From positions 496,001 through 560,000 of the forward strand of contig OZ037766.1 in assembly GCA_964035545.1 (NCBI GenBank): a stretch of 64,000 bases of DNA, written 5' to 3'. Positions 24,346 to 34,730 of the stretch are shown one piece after another. The notes below the pieces were generated by a model. That model was not told where the DNA came from. It made no database searches and saw nothing but the letters and a program-made list of their open reading frames with translations. The translations under genes and the position numbers were made by a program. The DNA comes from Bugula neritina (Eukaryota; Animalia; Bryozoa). The stretch's first letter is position 1, and each line of letters starts with the position of its first letter.

Positions 24346-24693
24346 CTATTATATAGACTGTGCTCCACACCTCGCGCTGTGTAGCCCACATTTCAAGTCA
24401 TTGACACATATGAGTATTGATATCTGCTTGCTATATTTTCAAATGAAACTCTCAAAGGCTCACACCAGGTTTTAGACGAACTGTTAATTCTTATTGTATT
24501 ATATTTTATGTTGGGTATTTTTATTTATCATGTATTTATTTCCGTTACCTTGGTAACTGCAGATCAGCTAAACTGATACAATGCATGTCTTGACTCAAGT
24601 TAATATTTTTGTAAACACAAGTGGATGTATACATTTCTCTGCTCTGCTGAATACACTTCTCTATGCACTGACTTCTACGGTCTAACTCAATCA
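24346..24693 (+). repeat. Duplicated copy of the GBF1 3' UTR (start of a segmental tandem duplication)
   Basis: Nearly identical to 16884-17234; the AATAAA reads AATACA at 24650-24655. Confidence 0.92.
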
Positions 24694-25159
24694 CTTCTGT
24701 TTATTATACAATAATATTCACACTCTTCAACCTTCGACCGAATGTTGGAGTTGCTTTACCTCCACCTGAGTTATTAGCAAGTAATTATCTCCTCCACTCA
24801 AATCAGCTTGAGGGTTTGGGGCACCCGCTTCCCTACTTTTGTCACGTTAACTCTAAGTATAGATTCTCAGGAATAGACAACTCCTGAACTTTATTTGCTT
24901 ATGATATGATAAGATTAAATCTTAAACCTTTCCACCTCATATTTTGTGAATATAAAAAGTTACCTCTATTATGTCATCTACCTTCAGCAAGTGTAAAATT
25001 ACACAAATTAATTCTCTTCCTTTAAGTTAAAATAAAACATCAAATAGTTAGTTATACAGTCTGAACTGCATATAATCTCTCTGATCAAATAATAATATAT
25101 AGAATAATGCCTTGGTTACGCTACACTTCACACCTACTAAGTATATAGCTAATTAAGCA

Positions 25160-25290
25160 TTAGCCACACTACACATCTACTAAGTACACTAAGGCCTTAG
25201 CCACACTACACATCTACTAAGTACACTAAGGCCTTAGCCACACTACACATCTACTAAGTATACTAAGGCCTTAGCCACACTACACACCTT
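25160..25290. repeat. 37-bp tandem repeat, ~4 copies
   Basis: ttagccacactacacatctactaagtacactaaggcc. Confidence 0.85.
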
Positions 25291-25648
25291 ATGACTACAC
25301 AAGTAATAACCAACAGTCTGCCATTAGACTAGCTACAATATTCAAGTTGAAAGAGGCTCCACCTGAATTCCATAATTTCAAATTGCTAGTATTTTAATTT
25401 GCATCAGCTAATTTCTGTCTTATGGAAGTTTCCAGTGGAAACCTGATGTTCTGCTGCATACAGGTCCAGCAGTGAATGTCTTTTGCAAACTGAGTATACA
25501 AGTACTTTTAGAAACAGAGTCACGCCTTTGGTCTTCTGAGTTTAGTACTTGTACTCAGAGTTGAAATGCTGGCATGACTTGATGGTAAGAATTGGCTGCC
25601 ATTTGGTTGGTTTGGAACTGTATAGGTAAATATCTGGTATGTGTTAGT

Positions 25649-26115
25649 TTAATAATAATTACTTAATTTGGACAGCATATATCCCATAAACAATAAGGCT
25701 ATTATACAAGGTATTATTTTTCCAGCAAGTTCTAGTCTTCTCTGTCTTTGAATCCGTTCATCTACAAAATATTATCTGTTGAGAGTGGAAGATCAAAGTA
25801 CTAAATAAGACGTTGCGATATAAGACTGCATAGATAAGTATTATGAGCTTCTTCTCTTCTCATAAGAACTATTTAGCTGATGCCTAATTTGTAAAAAAAA
25901 GCGTGAGATGTTTGTGCTCAAGTTGTAATTTCTAGACTCACCAATTGTTGTTAGAGGGTCATAGTAGTATTCCTGTAGCCAGTCTTTTCCATATACCATA
26001 ATAGTAGCCGTAGTAGTAGTTGTTGTTCTTCTACGCCGAGTTCTTAGTTCAAGTTCAAGGAAAGCACTATCAGAGAGCCAGGCACTGGAGTCGTCTACTC
26101 TGAATATGCACTTTC
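25649..26115 (-). pseudogene. 5'-truncated paralog D of the uncharacterised family; exons 26115-25942 and 25761-25649
   Basis: Phase 1-1 exon ending IMVYGKDWLQEYYYDPLTTI|gtgagt matches [20 protein letters not shown]|gtgaga of gene A. Terminal exon DERIQRQRRLELAGKIIPCIIALLFMGYMLSKLSNYY*. Upstream exons not found; the LTR begins ~22 nt from the acceptor. Confidence 0.72.
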
Positions 26116-26137
26116 CTGGAAAATTAGCTTTATGCTT

Positions 26138-26450
26138 ATTCTCGGCATATCGGAATACCGAAGTACCGAAATGCCGGATTCGGCATTTCGGATTCCCAAA
26201 GTACCGATATTCGGTATTTCGGGCCTCCGATCTCGGCAAACAAAGGAATGTCTTTGTCCTGCATGTATATAAAAGCCAGCGAGTTCCAGTATAGTTCAGT
26301 CTACTACTGGAGCTCGCTGGATAAAGACCATTGATTCACTCGGACTATACTACAATAAAGATTATCTACATTTTACCTTATTTCTCGCCTTTTTTCTCAT
26401 ACAAGCATGTAACAGCACTAGTTTCATTCACAATCCACAAAACTATCACA
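26138..26450 (+). repeat. 5' LTR (lacks the first ~79 nt)
   Basis: Matches 33720-34032 with 2 substitutions seen; ends ...ATCACA. Confidence 0.95.
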
Positions 26451-26451
26451 T

Positions 26452-26471
26452 TGGTGGCAGCGGTGGGATTC
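26452..26471 (+). promoter_or_regulatory. Primer binding site, tRNA-Leu
   Basis: TGGTGGCAGCGGTGGGATTC is complementary to the 3' end (GAATCCCACCGCTGCCACCA) of metazoan tRNA-Leu; 1 nt after the LTR. Confidence 0.9.
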
Positions 26472-26501
26472 TACGAATAGCTAGTTGCTAAGAGAAATAG
26501 G

Positions 26502-27401
26502 ATGGCCCCAGGGGACCCAGCCCCTGAGGCAGCAGCACCACCAGCCCTCACTATTGAGGCGCTGGTCACAGCCCTCCAGGGATTGCGGGGGCAAGGACAG
26601 GCAGCACCTGGTGACAGGTATCGCCTCCAGCCCCCGACTTTCGGAGGAGATGGAGACGTGGAACAGTTCATCAAGGAGTTCGAGGATGTGGCCGCCACCG
26701 CTGAATGGCCAGTACGGGTGCGCGTCCTCCAACTCCGGGCCTGTCTGACAGGCCGGGCCAGGAACTTCGCACTGGGACCCGACGAAGCCCACATCCTGCG
26801 GGCTCTTAGGGCCCGGTTCGGGTTGACCACGGAAGAGGCGTCAGACCAGCTACAAGTGATGAGGAGAGACCGAAGGACATCTCTGGAAGATCACGCTAAC
26901 GAGGTAGAGCGCCTGGCTCAGGCTGCTTTCGGTCACGCCACTGGCGACGATCGGAAGCGCCTCATTTTTAACGCGTTCTTCCGGAGTGTGAACTACCCGG
27001 ACCTCCAGCGGTACTGGCTAGCCGCAAAGGTCAAGAGCCTGGACGAAGCACTAGAGATGGGGAAGGCCTACTTCCAGGTGGAAGAGCCACGGAGGGCAAA
27101 CTACGCAGCTCGCCAGGTGGCCGGAGATGCAGAAGAGATACCCCCAACCCCACAAGTGGCAGCAGCAGCTACCTCGTCACCTGAGCAGACGCAACTCAAT
27201 ATGCTGATGAGCATGATGAAAGGCCTGCAGGCTACAGTGACGGAGTTGCAGCGCAACCAGACGGACAGGCGGGCTCCCCGCTCGCGGGACGACCCTGTCC
27301 GCCCCCCTATGCCCACTTGCTGGGAGTGCGGGATGCCAGGACATGTGAGAAGGCACTGCCCTAAGGGACAGAAGCCTTTAAACACCCGAGGCTCACGGTG
27401 A
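26502..27401 (+). CDS. gag: Gag
   Basis: PPTFGGDGDVEQF capsid-like motif; CCHC knuckle CWECGMPGHVRRHC. Confidence 0.93.
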   Translation: MAPGDPAPEAAAPPALTIEALVTALQGLRGQGQAAPGDRYRLQPPTFGGDGDVEQFIKEFEDVAATAEWPVRVRVLQLRACLTGRARNFALGPDEAHILRALRARFGLTTEEASDQLQVMRRDRRTSLEDHANEVERLAQAAFGHATGDDRKRLIFNAFFRSVNYPDLQRYWLAAKVKSLDEALEMGKAYFQVEEPRRANYAARQVAGDAEEIPPTPQVAAAATSSPEQTQLNMLMSMMKGLQATVTELQRNQTDRRAPRSRDDPVRPPMPTCWECGMPGHVRRHCPKGQKPLNTRGSR

Positions 27402-27420
27402 ATTCCGCCACCCGTGGGCC
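27377..27420 (+). promoter_or_regulatory. Programmed -1 ribosomal frameshift signal (gag-pol)
   Basis: T TTA AAC heptamer in gag phase, 6-nt spacer, then stem GGCTCACGG/CCGTGGGCC. The -1 frame is open into pol. Confidence 0.85.
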
Positions 27421-30400
27421 CCACGCCAATCCGGTCCGGGATAGGACTCGGAAGACAACAGAAGAGACCTCTCCAGAGTCGACCTATATCGAGTGGCACG
27501 CAAACCGGAGATCTCGGAGACCGAAAGGCCTACCCGATCCTCCTGCCCTGCCACTCGATACCCGGATGGAACTAGAAGAAACCGGATGGCAGGCACCTCG
27601 GAGATCTCGGAGGCCGCAAGGTCTACCCGATCCTCCAGCCTGGCCACTCCGTAACCGGTTCGCGGGGTTGCCCGAGGAGGTTGTGGAGGAGGATTCAGCT
27701 TACTCGCAAGAGTATCCCAAGCTACCCTCCCGACCTCAGAAAACCCCCGTTGTCTCTAAGACGAAGAGGAGGCCCGCTGTGCGGACCCAAGTCGTGTCTC
27801 CCCCAGAGACTGACCGCTCCAGGAGCACCCAGCCGTATGGAAGCAGCTACTTCCTGCCCGGAAAGATTTTGGGTAAAGCTGCCACATTCCTACTGGATAC
27901 TGGGTGCACTACCAACCTGCTGAAGAGGCGTCTCTTTGACACCCTTGGTGCACGAGAGCGGGCGAGCCTCGAGTCGTATGAAGGTGCGCATGGTACGTTG
28001 GCGGACGGATCATGCATTCCTTTCTACGGCGTCATTTCACTACCTGGACGCGTCCGTGATCAAGCAGTTCACGAGACGTTCATAGTCAGCCAGCTGAAGG
28101 AGGACGCCATCTTGGGAATGCCCTTCCTGGAGAAACACCAGTGCCACATGGATTTCCAGAAGTCAGTGGTGGTGATGGCTGGGAAGGAACTTGTCTGTGT
28201 TGACAAGTTTGGCAGGCCCTTGGTGGGCGGAGTCCAGGTAGTGCGGGACTGCACAGTTCCGGGGAGGTCCCAGGCGACTCTCCGATGCAGAGTCAACTGC
28301 AAGGAGATCGCCGGCCTGGGGATGGTTGAAGGAACGCACGGAGCCATCCGACTAGCAAACAGCCTGAATCGGCTAGATTGTCGGCAAGAGCTCCTCGTGC
28401 AGTGCATCAACCCCTTCACGGAACCTGTCCAATTATCGGCTGGAGCGCTGGTGGGGAAGTACCACTCCATCCAGGAAGCGGATGTGGGTCCGGCACTGGA
28501 GACAGTGGCCGACAACCAGGGAAACCCCCCTCACACCAGACGAGAAGCAGTCCCGGAGCATCTGGCTGACCTGTATGGCGGAGCATGCGGAAACTGTACG
28601 AGTAGTACTGAACGCCAAGTACTGGCTCAACTACTCGCGGAGTACAGTGATGTCTTCAGTCGTGGCGATAGAGACATGGGGCTGACTAAGGTTATCTCTC
28701 ACGAGATACCCCTGGCAGCCGACACTACTCCCATCAGGCAGCCTACCCGACGTCTGGGCCCGGAGAAGGAGAAGAAGGTGAGCCGACAGGTACAGGATCT
28801 TCTGGACCGGGATCTGATTGAGCCTGCCCACGGTGCGTGGAGCTCCCCAGTGGTCCTGGTCAAGAAGAAGGATGGTAGCTGGAGATTCTGCGTGGACTAC
28901 CGCAGACTCAACAACGCTACCATCCAGGACGCCTACCCTCTCCCCCGGATAGATGAGTCTCTAGACGCCCTCGCGGGTAGCAAGTACTTCAGTACTTTGG
29001 ATCTGCTTAGTGGGTACTGGCAAGTGCCCCTCAGCCCTGATGCACAGGACAAAGCAGCATTCATTACTCGCGACGGGCTCTGGAAATGGAAAGTACTGCC
29101 ATTCGGACTGACGTCCGCTCCGGCAACATTCCAACGACTCATGGAGCAAGTCCTCAGTGGGTTACACTGGAAGACCCTCCTCATCTATCTGGACGACGTC
29201 ATTGTCATCTCCCCAGACTTCTCGACTCATGTCAGCCGTCTGCGGGAGGTCTTTGACCGTCTCCGGGCTGCTGGACTGAAGCTGAAGCCCTCCAAGTGTG
29301 CACTCCTGCAGCCAGAAGTCACGTACCTGGGCCATGTGGTTGGCCGTGATGGGGTCGCTACCGATCCAGAGAAGGTACAAGCTGTGAAGGAGTGGACTGT
29401 TCCCCGTGACCTCCCTGAGTTGCGTGCTTTCCTGGGCCTAGTAGGGTACTACCGGCAGTACATACCTAGGTTCGCAGGAGTGGCTCAACCGTTAAATCGG
29501 CTGACCGCGAAGGGAGTCCGGTGGCAGTGGACACAGGAGGAGCAACAGGCATTCGACCACCTCAAGCAACGGCTAATGGAAGCGCCAATCCTGGCGTATC
29601 CTGATCCAGCCAAGGAGTACATCCTGGACACCGACGCCAGCGACCACAGCGTGGGAGCCGTCTTGTCTCAAGTCCAGGGTGGAAGTGAAGTGGTCGTGGC
29701 TTACTATAGCAAGACTCTCGCGGCCGCCGAGAAGAACTACTGCACCACTAGGAAGGAACTCCTAGCAGTAGTCAAGGCGGTCAAGCACTTTCGGCCATAT
29801 CTGTATGGGAAATCGTTCCGTCTGCGAACAGACCATGCATCACTGATATGGCTGTGTAAACGTGCAGAGCCCTCGAGCCAGGTGGCTCGTTGGCTAGAGA
29901 TTCTTGCTGAGTTCTCCTACCGGATAGAGCACCGTGCAGGCCGGAAGCATGGGAACGCCGACGGCATGAGCCGCCGGCCGGTAGAGGACTGTAAGCAATG
30001 CCTACACATTGAACGGCGGGACGGGGGACCCGCTCGCCTTGACGTGGAAGCAGGACTAGTGGAGGGCACCACCCACCAGTGGGAGCACGGCCATCTTCGG
30101 ACCGAAACCCACCAGGACGGTGTCCAGGCACTCTACGCCAACCCTACTCTGCACCAGAACGTCAAGGAGCTGTGCCGACTCCAGGAGACACTACCCGGCG
30201 CGGTAGCAGACATCTTCCGGGCCAAGAAGGAGGGCCGACGGCCTAGCGAGGAACAGCAGCGACAGGGGGACGTTGAGTTCCAACTCCTCTGTCGTCACTG
30301 GGATGCCCTCAAGGTCAGTCCCGATGGCCTCCTGATGATAACGTTAGCAGCAGACAACCGCCAGCAGAAGAGGGACCGCGTCGTCTGTCCACGCGCCCTC

Positions 30401-32695
30401 CGGCGGGAACTGATCTGGGACACCCATAAGCAGGCTCATGCTGGAGTCAGTCGGGTCATCAGGTGTCTGCGGCTACGTTGGTATTGGCCCGGAATGACTC
30501 GGGACGTACGACTGCGGGTACGGCAATGCGAGGTCTGCCAAGCTAGCAAGCATGGCCGCCCCACGGAAACCACTGGTCGACGCCGGCTGTACGCTGGTCG
30601 ACCGTGGCAAGTAGTGGCGGTAGACCTCGTCGGGCCTATGCCGTTATCCGCCAGAGGGAACACCTGGATACTGGTGCTCACGGACCACTTTACCCGGTGG
30701 GCGGACGCTCTGGCTATTCCAGACGCCACCGCCCCCACGGTGGCCCGGACCCTGTACCAACATGTATTCTGTTACCTCGGTTTGCCCGAGCAGATACATA
30801 CAGACCAGGGTGCCCAGTTCCAGTCCCAGCTCATGGGAGACCTCTGCCGGATATGGGGGGTGAACCAGAGTCGGACCACCCCATATCACCCGCAAGGGAA
30901 CGGAGTCGTCGAGAGGAACAACAGGATGTTGGGTGACGCGCTCCGGAGCCTGCTGCTTGGTCGAGGTCAGGAAGAATGGGACGTGGTGCTGCCGCAGATC
31001 ATGCGGGCTTACCGCAGCACACCACACTCCGCCACGCAGGAGACCCCAAACTTCCTGATGTTAGGCCGAGAGACGCGGGTCCCGGAACACCTGACGTACC
31101 ATGTTCCTGCCCCCGAGTCACCGGTACACGAACATGTGGAGGGTCTGATGGACATCATGGGCAAAGCTCATGATGCGCTGCGCACCCAGCAGTGGCAGAC
31201 CCGCACAGAGGACTCAGAGGAGCCCCCGTTGTACCAAGTGGGAGACTGGGTCTGGATGGTGAGTTACCGTAGGCGGCGCGGACAGTCGGCTAAGCTTCAG
31301 CCCAAGTTCGTCGGCCCCTACTGCGTAGTAGAGGTGCTGCCCAACCACACATACCGTGTGGAGCGCTCTGGACAGGTCTCTGTCCAGAGCGAGCAGCGCC
31401 TCAAACCTTACCATGCCAGCCCAGACGCGGTGGGTCAGGCTCCACCCCTCTTGGAGCCCCACCGTCAGCCCAACCGACGTGGACGGGCCACCCGGCCCCG
31501 TGAGGTGGAGATTATGGTCCCCAGGGAGGCAGACCAGGAGCAAGCCGCCCTGATAGAGCAGCTGGAGCGACAGCAGAGAGCGGAGCGGGAGCAGGAACAG
31601 CAGCAAGCCCTTGGCTCACAACCCTTCCCGGGGGAGGACACCCCCACCCCCGTACGGGGTGAAGACGAGGACCCCCCTACCAGGGCAGCCCAGGAGCCAC
31701 CAACACCACCAGAGTCTGTTCCACTTGAGAGGAGCCAGCGGCCAAGAAGACCTCCCAGGTACCTGGCAGACTATGCTGTAGGACACCTGGAGGGGCCCCC
31801 TCCTGAGGAAGACCCCCCCCACACTGACTGCCACCCTATCTTGGTTGGAAATTCCCTCCATCACCCCGGAGAATTCCACCAAGAAGAAGAAATGGCCGAC
31901 CGAATTTCGGAAGACACTCGATCACGCGAGTTGTCTTTTCGAAATCCGGGGGAAATTCCCACGAGCCACGCGACTCGGGCTTCAGCAGGTAAAACTTCTG
32001 AAGCACGAGGTTCGGCCATTTCTCATTCTGACTTCACACAGCTCGCACGGCAGTTGCAACTCAAACTAAATTCTGATTCTAATACTCATTTTGACTTTAC
32101 CACTGTTCTCCGTACGCTATCAGCAGCTATGGGAATTACTCTACCAGATACACAATCAGGTATTTCTTCTAGATTAGATCCTCCAGTTGCGGAGTCTAGT
32201 CAAATTACAGTAGACTGGTCTTTACTAGACTTACTTGGTTCTGATCTCTTAGAACCGGAGGCCGAGATGGATCTTGGAGATGACTCTGCCATTGATACAT
32301 TGTTGAATCACGATGTAGGCTCAGTCAATTTCTGCGATACACCTCGGCCCTCGGTTTTTAACTTATCTCCATACACACCTGTGCCGAATTTCGGCGATAG
32401 TGAGACCGGCTTCTCACAGCCTCTACTATCTATTCTAGAGGAGCGAATGGACGTTGAGGAGGCCAGTCCCCTCTCCCACCGGCCCTTGCTTCGGCTTCTA
32501 CCAGCCAGCAGGCCGCCACCTCCTCCACAGAGGTGTGTTCCGCCATGGTTGGCCCTGACCCCAAACCGGTCGAGCTTCAGCTCACGGCCGGGGAGGAGCA
32601 GGGCATCCTACACGGCGACCACCTGCCAGCAGAAGAAGATAGCTCCCCAATACTGGCCCTGCCTCGGGCCCTGGTCGCCCGCCAGTATTGGGTGA
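27398..32695 (+). CDS. pol: Pol polyprotein (protease, RT, RNase H, integrase) with long C-terminal extension; expressed by frameshift rather than from the listed GTG
   Basis: LLDTG; WRFCVDYRRLN, LPFGL, YLDD; LDTDASD, NADGMSR; HHCC (THKQAH..CEVC), VDLVGP, HTDQG, VERNN. Confidence 0.96.
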   Translation: MNSATRGPHANPVRDRTRKTTEETSPESTYIEWHANRRSRRPKGLPDPPALPLDTRMELEETGWQAPRRSRRPQGLPDPPAWPLRNRFAGLPEEVVEEDSAYSQEYPKLPSRPQKTPVVSKTKRRPAVRTQVVSPPETDRSRSTQPYGSSYFLPGKILGKAATFLLDTGCTTNLLKRRLFDTLGARERASLESYEGAHGTLADGSCIPFYGVISLPGRVRDQAVHETFIVSQLKEDAILGMPFLEKHQCHMDFQKSVVVMAGKELVCVDKFGRPLVGGVQVVRDCTVPGRSQATLRCRVNCKEIAGLGMVEGTHGAIRLANSLNRLDCRQELLVQCINPFTEPVQLSAGALVGKYHSIQEADVGPALETVADNQGNPPHTRREAVPEHLADLYGGACGNCTSSTERQVLAQLLAEYSDVFSRGDRDMGLTKVISHEIPLAADTTPIRQPTRRLGPEKEKKVSRQVQDLLDRDLIEPAHGAWSSPVVLVKKKDGSWRFCVDYRRLNNATIQDAYPLPRIDESLDALAGSKYFSTLDLLSGYWQVPLSPDAQDKAAFITRDGLWKWKVLPFGLTSAPATFQRLMEQVLSGLHWKTLLIYLDDVIVISPDFSTHVSRLREVFDRLRAAGLKLKPSKCALLQPEVTYLGHVVGRDGVATDPEKVQAVKEWTVPRDLPELRAFLGLVGYYRQYIPRFAGVAQPLNRLTAKGVRWQWTQEEQQAFDHLKQRLMEAPILAYPDPAKEYILDTDASDHSVGAVLSQVQGGSEVVVAYYSKTLAAAEKNYCTTRKELLAVVKAVKHFRPYLYGKSFRLRTDHASLIWLCKRAEPSSQVARWLEILAEFSYRIEHRAGRKHGNADGMSRRPVEDCKQCLHIERRDGGPARLDVEAGLVEGTTHQWEHGHLRTETHQDGVQALYANPTLHQNVKELCRLQETLPGAVADIFRAKKEGRRPSEEQQRQGDVEFQLLCRHWDALKVSPDGLLMITLAADNRQQKRDRVVCPRALRRELIWDTHKQAHAGVSRVIRCLRLRWYWPGMTRDVRLRVRQCEVCQASKHGRPTETTGRRRLYAGRPWQVVAVDLVGPMPLSARGNTWILVLTDHFTRWADALAIPDATAPTVARTLYQHVFCYLGLPEQIHTDQGAQFQSQLMGDLCRIWGVNQSRTTPYHPQGNGVVERNNRMLGDALRSLLLGRGQEEWDVVLPQIMRAYRSTPHSATQETPNFLMLGRETRVPEHLTYHVPAPESPVHEHVEGLMDIMGKAHDALRTQQWQTRTEDSEEPPLYQVGDWVWMVSYRRRRGQSAKLQPKFVGPYCVVEVLPNHTYRVERSGQVSVQSEQRLKPYHASPDAVGQAPPLLEPHRQPNRRGRATRPREVEIMVPREADQEQAALIEQLERQQRAEREQEQQQALGSQPFPGEDTPTPVRGEDEDPPTRAAQEPPTPPESVPLERSQRPRRPPRYLADYAVGHLEGPPPEEDPPHTDCHPILVGNSLHHPGEFHQEEEMADRISEDTRSRELSFRNPGEIPTSHATRASAGKTSEARGSAISHSDFTQLARQLQLKLNSDSNTHFDFTTVLRTLSAAMGITLPDTQSGISSRLDPPVAESSQITVDWSLLDLLGSDLLEPEAEMDLGDDSAIDTLLNHDVGSVNFCDTPRPSVFNLSPYTPVPNFGDSETGFSQPLLSILEERMDVEEASPLSHRPLLRLLPASRPPPPPQRCVPPWLALTPNRSSFSSRPGRSRASYTATTCQQKKIAPQYWPCLGPWSPASIG

Positions 32696-33351
32696 CTGGA
32701 CCCACCAACCTGAAAATTGGTGATGCTTGCGGTGAGCCGGGCAACCACATCTGCCATGAGTGTAAGAGGAAATTCTCCTCTGCACGGCGGTTGCGCGTAC
32801 ACGCCCCACAGCACTACATCAACGTGTTTTGCCCGTGTGGGGAGTTCTCCTACCAGAGAGACTATGTGTTGAGACATCAACGCATAGCTCACTGCCACAC
32901 GGGCTACACGTTTGCTGTAGACCAGGCCTCCTTTCCCGAATTTCGGGACCTGGTGCTGCCACACGTGGCGGATCCCCACAAACGGGCTGCTCTCGCCCTG
33001 GGATTCCCCGCGTGTAGGCCTGTTCGGGAGGAAGAAGGAGAGCCCGCCGCGACACCCCAACCGGCAGCCACCCAGCCACTTCGGGTCATGCTGGCACGGG
33101 TCGGACCAGGTGCCAGGGCCGACTCATCGGACCTGGGCCCCCGACCCTCGGCGGCGGGCGAGAAGCAGACGCACCGCCAGCGACGTCCTGCCCGTGGTAC
33201 TACCGACCGCCCTAGGCACCAGACGTCAGCTCAGTTGGCAGAGGAGGTCCACCAGTTACGCCGGCAGCTCCGCAGATATGAAGAGGAGCTGGGGCAACTC
33301 CGGAGACGAGTTAGCCGCCTGGAGCGGGGTCGATCTGGCGACCGCCGCTGA
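32533..33351 (+). CDS. Accessory ORF3 of the retrotransposon: two C2H2-type zinc fingers and a C-terminal coiled coil
   Basis: CHECKRKFSSARRLRVHAPQH and CPCGEFSYQRDYVLRHQRIAH; heptad tail LAEEVHQLRRQLRRYEEELGQLRRRVSRLE. Start uncertain. Confidence 0.8.
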   Translation: MCSAMVGPDPKPVELQLTAGEEQGILHGDHLPAEEDSSPILALPRALVARQYWVTGPTNLKIGDACGEPGNHICHECKRKFSSARRLRVHAPQHYINVFCPCGEFSYQRDYVLRHQRIAHCHTGYTFAVDQASFPEFRDLVLPHVADPHKRAALALGFPACRPVREEEGEPAATPQPAATQPLRVMLARVGPGARADSSDLGPRPSAAGEKQTHRQRRPARGTTDRPRHQTSAQLAEEVHQLRRQLRRYEEELGQLRRRVSRLERGRSGDRR

Positions 33352-33640
33352 GACTATTTGTATAGTTTTTTTTTTCTTTTCTACTCTTATTCTTTGTTGT
33401 TTATGTGTAAGTTCTTCATGTAATGCATGTACCTATTCATGCTCTGTTTTTCTTGTGTGTGCACAAATCTTCCCTGTTTTTTTTGTGTTATCATTGTATT
33501 ATTAATGTCACTGCATGTTTACCATATTTTTTTCGTGTGTTACTTTCAACTGTGCGTTTTATTGTCGTGTCATTCCCTGTTGTGTGTTTGTGTTGTGTAC
33601 GCCTCTTTATCGGAAAGCATGGTTTCCGATGGGGGGTGTG

Positions 33641-34032
33641 TGTGGTAAAATTATGTTGTGTGTATGTGTCCTTTGTTGCCGAGATCGGTACTTCGGTCCT
33701 CCGAAACACCGATATGCCGATTCTCGGCATATCGGAATACCGAAGTACCGAAATGCCGGATTCGGCATTTCGGATTCCCGAAGTACCGATATTCGGTATT
33801 TCGGGCCTCCGATCTCGGCAAACAAAGGAATGTCTTTGTCCTGCATGTATATAAAAGCCAGCGAGTTCCAGTATAGTTCAGTCTACTACTGGAGCTCGCT
33901 GGATAAAGACCATTGATTCACTCGGACTATACTACAATAAAGATTATCTACATTTTACCTTATTTCTCGCCTTGTTTCTCATACAAGCATGTAACAGCAC
34001 TAGTTTCATTCACAATCCACAAAACTATCACA
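33641..34032 (+). repeat. 3' LTR (392 bp)
   Basis: TGTGGTA...TATCACA termini; TATATAAAA at 33848; AATAAA at 33936. Confidence 0.93.
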
Positions 34033-34730
34033 ATACTATATACTATATACTATATACACTACATATACTATATATACTATATATACTATATACTATATAG
34101 GCCTACTATATACTGTATACTATGTACACTACATATACTATATACTATATATACTATATACACTACATATACTATATACCATATACTATATAGTATATAC
34201 TATATACTATATACTATATACTATATACTATATACTATATACTATATAGGCCTACTATATACTGTATACTATGTACTATATACTATATACTATATACTAT
34301 ATATACTATATACACTACATATACTATATACTATATACTATATAGTATATACTATATACTATATACTATATACTATATACTATATACTATATACTATATA
34401 CTATATACTATATACTATATACTATACACTATATACTATATACTATATACTATATACACTACATATACTATATATACTATATATACTATATACTATATAG
34501 GCCTACTATATACTGTATACTATGTACACTACATATACTATATACTATATACACTATATACACTATATACACTATATTATACACTTATATATAGTACATA
34601 CATGCACTGCATGTATATACTATATTGTACATTATATACACTATATATACACTATATACACCACATAAATTATATGCACTATGAATATACTATACATACT
34701 ATACATACATGCACTATATAATACACTATA
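34033..34730. repeat. (TATAC/TATATAC)n simple repeat
   Basis: Degenerate penta/heptamer run abutting the 3' LTR. Confidence 0.9.

Larger units (their letters stand above)
26138..34032 (+). mobile_element. Ty3/Gypsy LTR retrotransposon, young, 5' LTR truncated
   Basis: Paired LTRs, PBS, gag, pol in PR-RT-RH-IN order, G-rich PPT (33629-33640). GC-rich against an AT-rich host. Confidence 0.97.

Noticed and set aside
26471-33089. Antisense and alternate-frame ORFs within the Gypsy element
   Set aside because: Expected by-product of GC-rich coding sequence; no recognisable motifs.
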